Shown here: one piece after another, positions 1 through 8,273 of the stretch
Position numbering within the stretch: the first letter of the stretch is position 1
Layout: every line of letters begins with the position of its first letter
Assembly (NCBI GenBank): GCA_022729705.1
Contig: DZAX01000002.1
Location: 53,277 to 117,276, forward strand
Reading direction: 5' to 3'
Length of the DNA stretch: 64,000 nucleotides
Source of the DNA: Helicobacter cetorum
Lineage (GTDB): Bacteria > Campylobacterota > Campylobacteria > Campylobacterales > UBA6016
Translations under genes and position numbers: made by a program
Notes under the pieces: generated by a model
Told to the model about the DNA's origin: nothing
What the model saw: only the letters and a program-made list of their open reading frames with translations
Databases searched by the model: none

Positions 1-956
1 ATATATGGCGTCCATTTTCCAATTGTTTTTAGCGCCGCCAAATAGCCGCCCTGTACGCTAAAACCGCTGCCCACATCCTTCATTGAGCGCGTTCCGTACT
101 CCGCCATAAGGTGGTATCCGTCGTCAAAACTTATATTTGCGCCAAGAGTGAAAGCTGTAAGCTCATTTTTGTCTTTGATGCTACCGCTTTTTGGCTGGTA
201 GCTATACATACCAGTCGGCGCTCCTCTCATATATAGCGGTTGTAATGCAAATTCGCTAGGTATTGGAAAATTATAAGTAGTCGCTTTATGTAGCCCGGCT
301 CTAAGTTTACCGCCCATATTTGTCTCAAATGTCGCTACGACGCCTTTTGACTCAAGCTTTATATTTTCAAAATCAACGCCTTTTTGTTTGCCGCCAAAAG
401 CGCTTAAATCATCGCGCGCATATATGCGCCAAGGAGTATCGGCCTTGCCCCAATATGCGTCCAAAAGTAGCTCGCCGGAGTCAAAAAAGAAACTCTTTGT
501 GACGCCGATACCTATGCCGTCGGCCATGGGAGTAAGAGAGTACATATCTAAAGGCAAGCGAGCCATATCGTATGTTACGCCAACGTCCATATTTTCATTA
601 TTGAGATAAACAGGGGCTCTGAGTTTGCCGACTCTTATGAGCCAATCATTAGTGGGGCGGTATGACAAAAAAGCCCACGCTAGAGTAGCGTCTACCCCTT
701 TGTCATTTTTTATCGACGGAGCCGCTTTACCCTGAATGGTGGCGCTCCACTTCTCATCAAGCGCCATATCTGCTTGCAAGCCAAACACGCTGTCTCTTTT
801 TAGGGTTCCATCGTTGTTGATAAAGCGTTGATAGTTGTATGGTTTATCGGAAATAGCGCCGCCAATCGTCGTAAAGCCGGACACTGAAACATCTACCGCC
901 AAAGCCGCCGATGCGGCAAATGCTGCAAAAAACAGTACCTTTAATAATGTACCCAT
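1..956 (-). CDS. outer-membrane beta-barrel (porin-like) protein; 3' end lies beyond the window edge
   Basis: Hand translation of the minus strand is open from ATG 956 to position 1 (MGTLLKVLFFAAFAASAALAVDVSVSGFTT...). It has a signal-peptide-like N-terminus and an alternating beta-strand-like pattern. It is absent from the ORF track because no stop lies inside the window. Confidence 0.6.
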   Translation of the reverse strand, partial: MGTLLKVLFFAAFAASAALAVDVSVSGFTTIGGAISDKPYNYQRFINNDGTLKRDSVFGLQADMALDEKWSATIQGKAAPSIKNDKGVDATLAWAFLSYRPTNDWLIRVGKLRAPVYLNNENMDVGVTYDMARLPLDMYSLTPMADGIGIGVTKSFFFDSGELLLDAYWGKADTPWRIYARDDLSAFGGKQKGVDFENIKLESKGVVATFETNMGGKLRAGLHKATTYNFPIPSEFALQPLYMRGAPTGMYSYQPKSGSIKDKNELTAFTLGANISFDDGYHLMAEYGTRSMKDVGSGFSVQGGYLAALKTIGKWTPY

Positions 957-968
957 ATTAGCTCCATC

Positions 969-3530
969 TTATACACATTTTTCTATATCGCCATCTTGCG
1001 TCTCAAGCGCATTTCTCATTTCATATATCAATTCTATAAAAGATAGCTTAAATTTACCCAAAAGTTCCTGTGTATTCTCATTTTTCAAAAAAGCTTTTTC
1101 AAGCTCTGAGGCGAGACCATATAGCTCTTTTGCCCCTATCGTCCCCAAAAGCCCGCGCAAGGAGTGCGAGAGCGCCGCCGCCGCACTTGTGTCTTTGTCT
1201 AGCGCAAAAGCGTCAAGCTTCTCTGGAGTATCGCTATAAAGAGTGATAAAATCAGCCAAAACCTCGATATAAACCTCGTCGCATCCAATGGTTTTTCTTA
1301 TATCTTCGACAACGTTGCACTTTTTGACGTTATCGCTTTTTGCGGCCAACCGGATGGTATCCGCCGCAATTATAGCCGCATCCGCCGATTTAGCGCCGCT
1401 TTTTATTTGACGCAAAATAGCATCATAAAGCAAGTTCGGCTCTATCGGTTTGCACACATAGTCTTGCATACCCAAAGATGTACACTTTTGCATCTCCTCA
1501 TTCATGGCGTGCGCCGTCATAGCGATAATCGGTAGGGCGTTGTACCTTGAGTCGCTCCGCACTCGCTTTGTAGCTTCGTAGCCATCCAAAACTGGCATTT
1601 GCAAATCCATCAAAACGGCGTCAAAATAATCGGCGGCGACGCTTGAGAGCTTATCTAAAGCGTCTTGCCCATTTTCCGCCGACTCTATGATTACCCCTTT
1701 TTTTTCAAGTAGTATTGTGGCTAGTTTTCTGTTTATCTTGTTGTCTTCAACCAGCAGTACATGCGCCCCTTGTAAGGCTTCCATGCCTTTTGTCGTCAAC
1801 GCAAAGAGAGCGCCATGTCTATCCGTTTCCTCGGCGCTTGCGAACTCAAAGGGTATGTCTATCCAGAATATGCTACCTTTACCAGGTTCGCTGCTAACGT
1901 CTATGGAGCCGCCCATGAGTTTTGCTAGATTTTTGCTGATAGCCAGTCCAAGCCCTGTTCCGCCGTATTTTCTACTAGTAGAGCTTTCGGCTTGCGTAAA
2001 CTCTTGAAACAAACCTGAAAGCTGCTCCTCGTTCATGCCTATACCGCTATCTTGTACGGCAATACGCACGTTTGCCGCATTTTCATCTTTTATATTTGAT
2101 GCGACTATGAGTTTTACAAAACCTTGCTCGGTAAATTTAATCGCATTTGAGAGCAGATTTGTGACTATCTGCCCAAGGCGTAACCTATCGCCCATAAGTA
2201 GCGGCGCACTTGATAAAAGAATAGTATCGTTTTCTTCAAAAACAAACCCTATCCCTTTCTCTTCTACACGGTAAAGTTGCATTTTGACGATACCGTCTAG
2301 CGTCTCTTTGAGATTAAACGGTATCTTTTCAAGCGTTATTTTTCCGGCTTCCACTTTTGAAAAATCAAGTATATCGTTTATGATGCCAAGTAGTGAATTT
2401 GCGGCAAAGTTGACGTGTTCTATATACTCTCTTTGCTGAGGCGTAAGCTCTGTTTGAAGCGCTAGGTACGACATACCAATCACAGCGTTCATCGGCGTTC
2501 TGATTTCATGACTCATATTCGCCAAAAATATCGACTTAGCTCTTGTAGCCTCTTCCGCCGTTTTTTTTGCCGATTCTAGTTCGGCGTTTATCTGTTCTCT
2601 ATGCGCAATATCATCCGCAATATCTTGCGCCATATCGTTAAATGTATTTGCGAGGAAAATTAGCTCTTCCGCCCCCTTTATTCCCTCTATGCGAAATCTA
2701 TAGTCGCCGCCGGCTACTTTTTTTGTCGCAAGAGTCAATTTTTCTATAGGCGACAACGCCATGCGTCTAATGGCGGGCAAAGCGCCGCCGACTATAATAA
2801 TCATAAATATGGTGGATAAAATCGAGAGCATAACCCACTGTTTTAGAGTTGATTCGGCTGTATGAATGACAGACATTGTACGTTCATCTGTTTGCATCAT
2901 AAGACGCTCCATGGACTCCGATAGTCTTGCGTTTAGTTTTCCATATTTTTCACCATAGACCAATTTTGCGGCAAACGTCAAATCCGGCTTTGCATCGTCG
3001 CTAAACGCTTGCGTTTTTGCGTCATACAACCCTTGCGTAGCCGCAAAAGCTAGTTGCTCTATATTTTTTATTCGCTCCGATACGCTAAAAATAGACTGCA
3101 ACGTCTCTAGCTCATCTTTTACGAAACCCTCATTTGTCATTTTTTCGCGCGTAGATAGCGTCTTGCCATCCGTAGGCATAACATGCGCTATTTCACCGGC
3201 TACGACCATATCCCAATAAGTCGACGCATTATAGTTTTTTGGAGGAGCTTTTGCGCCCTGTCTGATTGATAAAAGGTCGTAGTAATACATCAAATATCGC
3301 GGCTCGGCGGTGCTAATATACGCTTTTACAAGCTTGCTCAGTTGAAATGTTTGCAAGCGCAAGTTGTGAACCAAATGCATCGCTTTTTGACGATTTTCTT
3401 GCGCTTTTATGCTTACCTGATGAGCATTGTAGAGTTTGAAAAGAGAGTAGGAGTTGAGTAGTAATGTAAATATTATCATACCGGACGCAACAATAGAAGC
3501 TTGTTTTATTCTCATTATTTTATCCGCCAT
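969..3530 (-). CDS. hybrid sensor histidine kinase / response regulator with C-terminal HPt-like domain
   Basis: H-box SHEIRTPMN, HATPase [11 protein letters not shown], receiver [11 protein letters not shown], and an HPt-like [14 protein letters not shown] near the C-terminus. There is an N-terminal TM helix and a periplasmic-type sensor region. The ORF is open to 3584; the start at 3530 (MADKIMRIK) is preferred but uncertain. Confidence 0.9.
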   Translation of the reverse strand: MADKIMRIKQASIVASGMIIFTLLLNSYSLFKLYNAHQVSIKAQENRQKAMHLVHNLRLQTFQLSKLVKAYISTAEPRYLMYYYDLLSIRQGAKAPPKNYNASTYWDMVVAGEIAHVMPTDGKTLSTREKMTNEGFVKDELETLQSIFSVSERIKNIEQLAFAATQGLYDAKTQAFSDDAKPDLTFAAKLVYGEKYGKLNARLSESMERLMMQTDERTMSVIHTAESTLKQWVMLSILSTIFMIIIVGGALPAIRRMALSPIEKLTLATKKVAGGDYRFRIEGIKGAEELIFLANTFNDMAQDIADDIAHREQINAELESAKKTAEEATRAKSIFLANMSHEIRTPMNAVIGMSYLALQTELTPQQREYIEHVNFAANSLLGIINDILDFSKVEAGKITLEKIPFNLKETLDGIVKMQLYRVEEKGIGFVFEENDTILLSSAPLLMGDRLRLGQIVTNLLSNAIKFTEQGFVKLIVASNIKDENAANVRIAVQDSGIGMNEEQLSGLFQEFTQAESSTSRKYGGTGLGLAISKNLAKLMGGSIDVSSEPGKGSIFWIDIPFEFASAEETDRHGALFALTTKGMEALQGAHVLLVEDNKINRKLATILLEKKGVIIESAENGQDALDKLSSVAADYFDAVLMDLQMPVLDGYEATKRVRSDSRYNALPIIAMTAHAMNEEMQKCTSLGMQDYVCKPIEPNLLYDAILRQIKSGAKSADAAIIAADTIRLAAKSDNVKKCNVVEDIRKTIGCDEVYIEVLADFITLYSDTPEKLDAFALDKDTSAAAALSHSLRGLLGTIGAKELYGLASELEKAFLKNENTQELLGKFKLSFIELIYEMRNALETQDGDIEKCV

Positions 3531-3827
3531 TATTGATGTTGCACGCCAATATCGGCAAAGCCCGTATTGGCGGCAGGAACACAAGCGCCCCCTGCATCCC
3601 TCGGTCGGGTCCCATCGCCAACAGGCGATAGGCGGCTCTAGCTACCCTACTTGCGTGAGAGACATTGGTAGTTTGTATTTTTTGGAAATTATGCGCTTTT
3701 TTGTATACTAAAATTATAACGTATTTTATTTTTTTATTACAAAAAAGGGCAAAAAAGTACTGGGCGCCTAAGTGTTATACGGCGACGACGAGGATGAGCT
3801 CTATTGTTGCCAGTCTTACGCTATAGC

Positions 3828-3897
3828 CTCTATTCTCCCGCGAATGCGGGTAGCATAAGGAAGATACAGGGGCTTTGCTCGCGCATGTGCGTAACAT
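3828..3897 (-). repeat. R2 intergenic repeat, copy 1 (partly degenerate)
   Basis: The minus strand reads ATGTTACGC...CGAGCAAAGCCC...GCTACCCGCATTCGCGGGAGAAT. It starts about 19 nt after the stop of the WYL gene, in sense orientation. Confidence 0.7.
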
Positions 3898-3915
3898 CAG
3901 TGATTTAAAACGACT

Positions 3916-4791
3916 CTAAATTTGCAAATACTCTCTTAGCCCATTTTCTAGCTCTTGCTGTAGGCTTACCGGAGAGATTATTTTTAGATTTGGTATCCAG
4001 TATCTCGCCACGGCACAGACATGGTCCGGCATAGAGGTCGTAGACGAGACTATCAAGGCTCCGCTTGGGAGCTCTTCGACTATTTGCTGATTTGGAACAA
4101 GGGCGCGCCTACGAAAATATTGGGCGATAGTCGGAGAAACCTCCATCGTAATACAGATAGTCTCGCCGTACCATATACCATCATCCGACTCTATTTGGCG
4201 TAATACGCTTGTGTCGTGTTCAAAATTTTTGTCCGTTACGGCTACGTTTTTCATTTTTGCGAGAGAAAAGCTTTTTAATTTTGATTCGTCTGTGGCGGAT
4301 AGATACCAAACGCCCTTATTGTTTACGAGCTTATAACCACAAACGCTCCGTTTTTTGTCCGAATATACGAACTCTACTATATTTTTGTCGGCTATCGCTT
4401 TTTGCAGTTTTGAAAATAGCTCTTTTTTGTCGTCTACGTTTTCGTAGTGGTGACCTCTTACGGAGATTACGGCGTTATTTACCACATCTTCTAGTATTCT
4501 CTTTAAAAACCCATTTTCAAGCGATGGAAACAGCCCCTTAACGCCTGATATTGCCGCAAAGTTTTGTATATCTGACATTGTTAGTTTGCCTAGATGATAG
4601 GGGTCTAGCGAGTAGCTGCCGTCGTCTTTTTTGAGCGGTAGATAGTCAAATCTAACGTTTAGGTCTCTTTGGATTGTTCTTTTGTTTACATTGAACTCTT
4701 TGGCTAACTCGTCTATGCGTAGTTTTTCCCCAGAGTTTAGCTTCAGAAGTATTTGCGATAGCCTTCTGGCAAGTTTGTCTTTTTCAGTCAT
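3916..4791 (-). CDS. HTH-WYL-WCX transcriptional regulator (YafY/BrxR/CapW-like architecture)
   Basis: N-terminal HTH (IDELAKEFNVNKRTIQRDL) and a central WYL-type segment (IVEFVYSDKKRSVCGYKLVNNKGVWYLSA...SFSLAKMKNV). The length of 291 aa is typical of the family. Confidence 0.8.
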   Translation of the reverse strand: MTEKDKLARRLSQILLKLNSGEKLRIDELAKEFNVNKRTIQRDLNVRFDYLPLKKDDGSYSLDPYHLGKLTMSDIQNFAAISGVKGLFPSLENGFLKRILEDVVNNAVISVRGHHYENVDDKKELFSKLQKAIADKNIVEFVYSDKKRSVCGYKLVNNKGVWYLSATDESKLKSFSLAKMKNVAVTDKNFEHDTSVLRQIESDDGIWYGETICITMEVSPTIAQYFRRRALVPNQQIVEELPSGALIVSSTTSMPDHVCAVARYWIPNLKIISPVSLQQELENGLREYLQI

Positions 4792-4813
4792 TTTTTTCCT
4801 GTTTTAAAAAATT

Positions 4814-5302
4814 CTAGCCGTTAACTCTCAATATTCGGATTATACCCACACCCGCATTCTGCGCCGCCGGAGACGTGATGGCTTGCGGTGCTAGGCTATT
4901 TGCGGCGGCGGCGGTATGTGTTATCTTAAGAGCGTCGAGCGTATTCAGATCGTTAGAATCTATCTTAATAGCCCTACCGTCCAAACTACGCATAACCAGT
5001 CCACCCATAACGTCCGTATACGCCTCAACCCCCATCTGTAGTTTTGCGTCGTTTATCGCCCTTACCAGGCTCCCTTTTCTATCATAGTCTTCAAGCTCTA
5101 TAGCCCCTATAACTATATCGTTTATCGAAAAATCTATCGGGGTCGTACCGCCTTTCAGCGCTTCGTTTGGTTCGCTATATTTGTGCTCGACTACCCACGC
5201 CGCCCTTACTCCCGTTATATCGCTATAAGAGTTGATAAGGTTTGCCAACACCCCTATCCCCTCTCCGTTGTGATACCCCATTGGTACGGCGTGAAACTCC
5301 AT
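4814..5302 (-). CDS. hypothetical protein (probable C-terminal part of a frameshifted gene)
   Basis: 162-aa ORF immediately upstream of the WYL gene on the same strand. It overlaps the 87-aa ORF by 49 nt in another frame. No motif recognised. Confidence 0.45.
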   Translation of the reverse strand: MEFHAVPMGYHNGEGIGVLANLINSYSDITGVRAAWVVEHKYSEPNEALKGGTTPIDFSINDIVIGAIELEDYDRKGSLVRAINDAKLQMGVEAYTDVMGGLVMRSLDGRAIKIDSNDLNTLDALKITHTAAAANSLAPQAITSPAAQNAGVGIIRILRVNG

Positions 5303-5517
5303 AATTCATGCGTTCCGTCATAGTTTTTTAGGATAAGTCCCGCATCTCCAAACGGGTTTGCTTGGTCTATCGGAAGGAGTCTGCTCTGTTTGTAGCTTGT
5401 CGTTCCTAGTTTTGAGCCGTTAGATTGCCCGTCTTGCGCCGCTTGTATCGCTTGTATCGCTTGTATCGCTTTGGTCTTCATCGTATTTATGATTGTTACC
5501 TGCTCCTCTATAGCCAT
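5254..5517 (-). CDS. hypothetical protein (probable N-terminal part of a frameshifted gene)
   Basis: 87-aa ORF containing an (AIQ)3 repeat. Its reading frame runs into the downstream 162-aa ORF after a 1-nt shift near 5300. Confidence 0.4.
   Translation of the reverse strand: MAIEEQVTIINTMKTKAIQAIQAIQAAQDGQSNGSKLGTTSYKQSRLLPIDQANPFGDAGLILKNYDGTHELWSFTPYQWGITTERG
5442..5468. repeat. perfect 9-bp tandem repeat x3 (CTTGTATCG) encoding AIQAIQAIQ on the minus strand
   Basis: Read directly: cttgtatcg cttgtatcg cttgtatcg. Confidence 0.9.
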
Positions 5518-5767
5518 ATCCGCCGTTTGCAGTATCCCTTATAGCATCGTTTGCGTTTTTTATCGATTGATTTAGTGCGTTAGACGGGTTTTGAGGCTAT
5601 CCGCTATCGTTAGCCCTGATGAGTCGTCTGCCGAGGAGTTGATTAGAGTCTATTTACCGATTTATCTAGCTCTTGATTTGTTCTTAGGTTGTTTGTATAG
5701 GCGTTTTTTTGCCGTTATGTTTGTGTTTAGTTTGAAGCTCATAAGTCAGCCTTATCGTTTTAAAAAG

Positions 5768-5782
5768 TTTGTACTGTACAAA
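5768..5782. promoter_or_regulatory. 7-1-7 palindrome TTTGTAC-T-GTACAAA in the divergent control region (candidate operator)
   Basis: Perfect inverted repeat read directly. It lies between the minus-strand hypothetical/WYL operon and the plus-strand CsgG-like gene. Confidence 0.35.
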
Positions 5783-5834
5783 TTTAGCAACCGCTGTTCC
5801 TTTTTGCGTATAAAAACCAGAGCTTGGGCAAATA

Positions 5835-5894
5835 CGACACAACCTGTCGCAAAAAAATAAAAAACAAAATACAGGACGACACAACCTGTCGCAA
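5835..5894 (+). promoter_or_regulatory. two identical 18-bp direct repeats CGACACAACCTGTCGCAA, 42 bp apart, overlapping the promoter region of the CsgG-like gene
   Basis: Copies at 5835-5852 and 5877-5894. Each contains the inverted core GACA-N5-TGTC. A TATAAT lies at 5903-5908, just downstream of copy 2. Confidence 0.4.
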
Positions 5895-5933
5895 CCCACC
5901 TCTATAATACGTCTAAAACCAAAAGGAGATAAT

Positions 5934-6756
5934 ATGACTCTTAAAAAAATCAACGCTAGCGTTGGCGGCGGCTTTGTGTGCGGCTCTTGTGTTTTCTGGT
6001 TGCGCCTCATCTATGTAAACGGGCTCTACAAGGGCAAAGACCGAAGCGACCGGCTCCGCCGGAGGCTCTAACTCTCAAAACGCCAACTCAAAACTACAAA
6101 AATGCGAGCAGTCCATGGGAACTATCGCAATACAAGAAAATACAAATAGCGATTGGTACGGCGCTTTGATTAGAGAGTACAAGCTCACCTCTACGGTTCC
6201 GCTCTTAAAACTACTAGTGCAACAATCAAACTGCTTTGTCGTCGTAGAGAGAGGCAAGGGGCTAAGAAGTATAAATATGGAAAGAGAGCTTGCAAATAGC
6301 GGGGAGCTAAGAAGATCGTCAAATATCAGAAAAGGGCAAATGGTAGCCGCCGACTACACGATAGTTCCAAGTATAACCTTTAGCCAAAAAGGTACAAGCA
6401 AAAGCGGCGGAGTAGTGGGAGCCCTGCTAGGTCCCGTAGCCGGAGCCATAGCGGGCGGCATATCAAGCAGCGACGCTAGCGTACTACTAACCCTTGTAGA
6501 CAACAGATCAGGCGTTCAACTAGCCGCCGCCGAGGGAAGTGCTAGAAACTACGACTTAGCCCTTTTCGGCGGAGTAGGGCTAGCCGGACTAGGAGCGGGA
6601 GCGGGCGGATACTCAAATACGCCGGAGGGCAAGGTAATAGTAGCCGCTTTTACCGATTCGTTAAACAATTTGATAATATCTGTAAAAAATTATAAAACCC
6701 AAAACGTACGAGGCGGACTCGGTACAGGCGGGGGCTTGAGGGTGCAGGAGTATTGA
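5934..6756 (+). pseudogene. CsgG/HfaB-family lipoprotein gene, apparently disrupted (A7 frameshift plus in-frame TAA)
   Basis: ORF 6115-6756 has CsgG-like motifs (LLVQQSNCFVVVERGKGL..MERELA, then a Gly-rich segment and VLLTLVDNRSG). The same frame upstream encodes a lipobox signal KKSTLALAAALCAALVFSGC. That signal is cut by a TAA at 6016-6018, and the ATG at 5934 is one frame off across the A7 run at 5943-5949. Confidence 0.6.
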
Positions 6757-7027
6757 GGGGCGCATTATGTGTTTGATTAGTTTTTGTAGTATTTTTTAAT
6801 TAATATTTTACTTTTGATGTGGTATTGTAATTATACGGCAAGAGAAGTTTTTTAAGATTATTAAAATTTAAGGAAAGGGCGTTTTGAAGGAGCAACAAGC
6901 CGGATTTGCCGCCTCTCTTGAGCGTTTTGGGGATTTTATCGGCGGAGCTAAAGATTATAATGCCATCAGTTGCCTTGACGGATGGAGGCATTATAGTTGA
7001 ACATTAAATTATACAAAAGGAAATATT

Positions 7028-8152
7028 ATGAGTCAAGCACAGGATATGGAGCTATTTTCATCCGAAGAAAACGCCAAAAAAACTTTTGAAATTATCGAGG
7101 ACTTTGTTCAAAGCTATATTGAAAATAAAGAAAAAATGCCGCTAAAAGTGTGGTTAACGCAAAAGCTAACACAAAGCGGCGTTTGGGGCGACGAAGTTGA
7201 GAAAGTCGCAAATCTACTTATAGACCAAGCGCAAAAAAGAGCCGACATAAGAGAGGCTTACGACAAGCATATAAAAGAAGGCAAGAATGAAGAAACTTTT
7301 ATAGCAAGCTATGTAGAACAAAAGGCAAAAGAGCTTAACATATCAAACGAAGAAGCCGCAAAACAAATAGACGATTTGGCGGTTAGTTTTGATAAAAGAC
7401 TAGAAACGAAAAACGAAGATGGATGGAATGATTTTACGAGAATAGAAAATGCGGAATTAATCAGCGGCAAAGCCCATGCGATGGCGATGATTGGAATGAT
7501 AAGACAAGCAAAAGACGATGTAGTCAATAGAGTAAAAAATATGTTTAGCGGCAAAAAAAACCCAACTTTTCAAGAGTCGCTAGAAAAAATAATTATAAAT
7601 GCAAGTGCAACCGCAAGCGATAATGTCGGACTAAACGTGGCGATTGGCGCCGGCTTTATGACGGCGGCAAAAAGCGGATTTGTAAAATTTATGGATAGAC
7701 TAGCAGAGCACACAAGCGACATTTGGGGCGTGAAACACCTAACCGCCGCCGCAAGCGCGGTAACGCACGCCGGAGCGTTGGCTATAGATACCGCTAGAGC
7801 CGCGTATGATTTGGCGACAGGTAAAATGGATATAGAGCAAGCGATTAGTGCAATAAGAGCTAGCTCTACCACTCAAAACTTAGCCTCTTTGGGTGGCGGA
7901 GCCTTTGGAGCTATGGCTGGAACTATTTTGGGTCCGATTGGCGTTGTGGTAGGGGGCGCTATTGGTGCTTATATCGGCAAAAAAACGGCGGATTTACTAG
8001 AAGGCGGCATGGATAGGATTAAAAAAATAGTTGGCGAAGAAACCGTAGAAAGGGTTACAACCTTTGCCAAAGAAGCCATTAAGACCACTAAGAGTTTTAT
8101 TGGCGGCGTATTTAGCTGGGCAAAAAACAAAGTCTCTAAAGCTTTAGCGTAA
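7028..8152 (+). CDS. hypothetical helical protein with C-terminal glycine-zipper membrane segment
   Basis: 374-aa ORF. The C-terminal region reads LGGGAFGAMAGTILGPIGVVVGGAIGAYIGKK. It is the first gene of a co-directional 5-gene cluster. Confidence 0.7.
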   Translation: MSQAQDMELFSSEENAKKTFEIIEDFVQSYIENKEKMPLKVWLTQKLTQSGVWGDEVEKVANLLIDQAQKRADIREAYDKHIKEGKNEETFIASYVEQKAKELNISNEEAAKQIDDLAVSFDKRLETKNEDGWNDFTRIENAELISGKAHAMAMIGMIRQAKDDVVNRVKNMFSGKKNPTFQESLEKIIINASATASDNVGLNVAIGAGFMTAAKSGFVKFMDRLAEHTSDIWGVKHLTAAASAVTHAGALAIDTARAAYDLATGKMDIEQAISAIRASSTTQNLASLGGGAFGAMAGTILGPIGVVVGGAIGAYIGKKTADLLEGGMDRIKKIVGEETVERVTTFAKEAIKTTKSFIGGVFSWAKNKVSKALA

Positions 8153-8273
8153 GCAACCAACTTTTTGCTTTACTTTACATATTAATGGCGGGGGAAAATC
8201 CCGCCCATCTCAAGCTACAAAAAGCTTTACTTTTTGAGAATTTTATTAGATAGAAGGAAAAAAGGAATAATAA

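Noticed and set aside
320-1239. Plus-strand ORFs (60-134 aa) at the left edge
   Set aside because: They are antisense to the porin-like gene and to the 3' end of the hybrid kinase gene, with no RBS or motifs.
3585-3680. GC-rich segment upstream of the hybrid kinase gene as a riboswitch or a further R2 copy
   Set aside because: It shows only a short resemblance (CTCTAGCTACCC) to the R2 linker and one small hairpin (TCGCC-AACA-GGCGA). I recognise no riboswitch consensus, so the evidence is insufficient.
5591-6169. ORFs 5591-5860(+), 5684-6010(-) and 5978-6169(+) in the divergent control region
   Set aside because: They have no RBS and implausible sequences. They overlap the repeat and operator motifs and the out-of-frame part of the CsgG-like gene.
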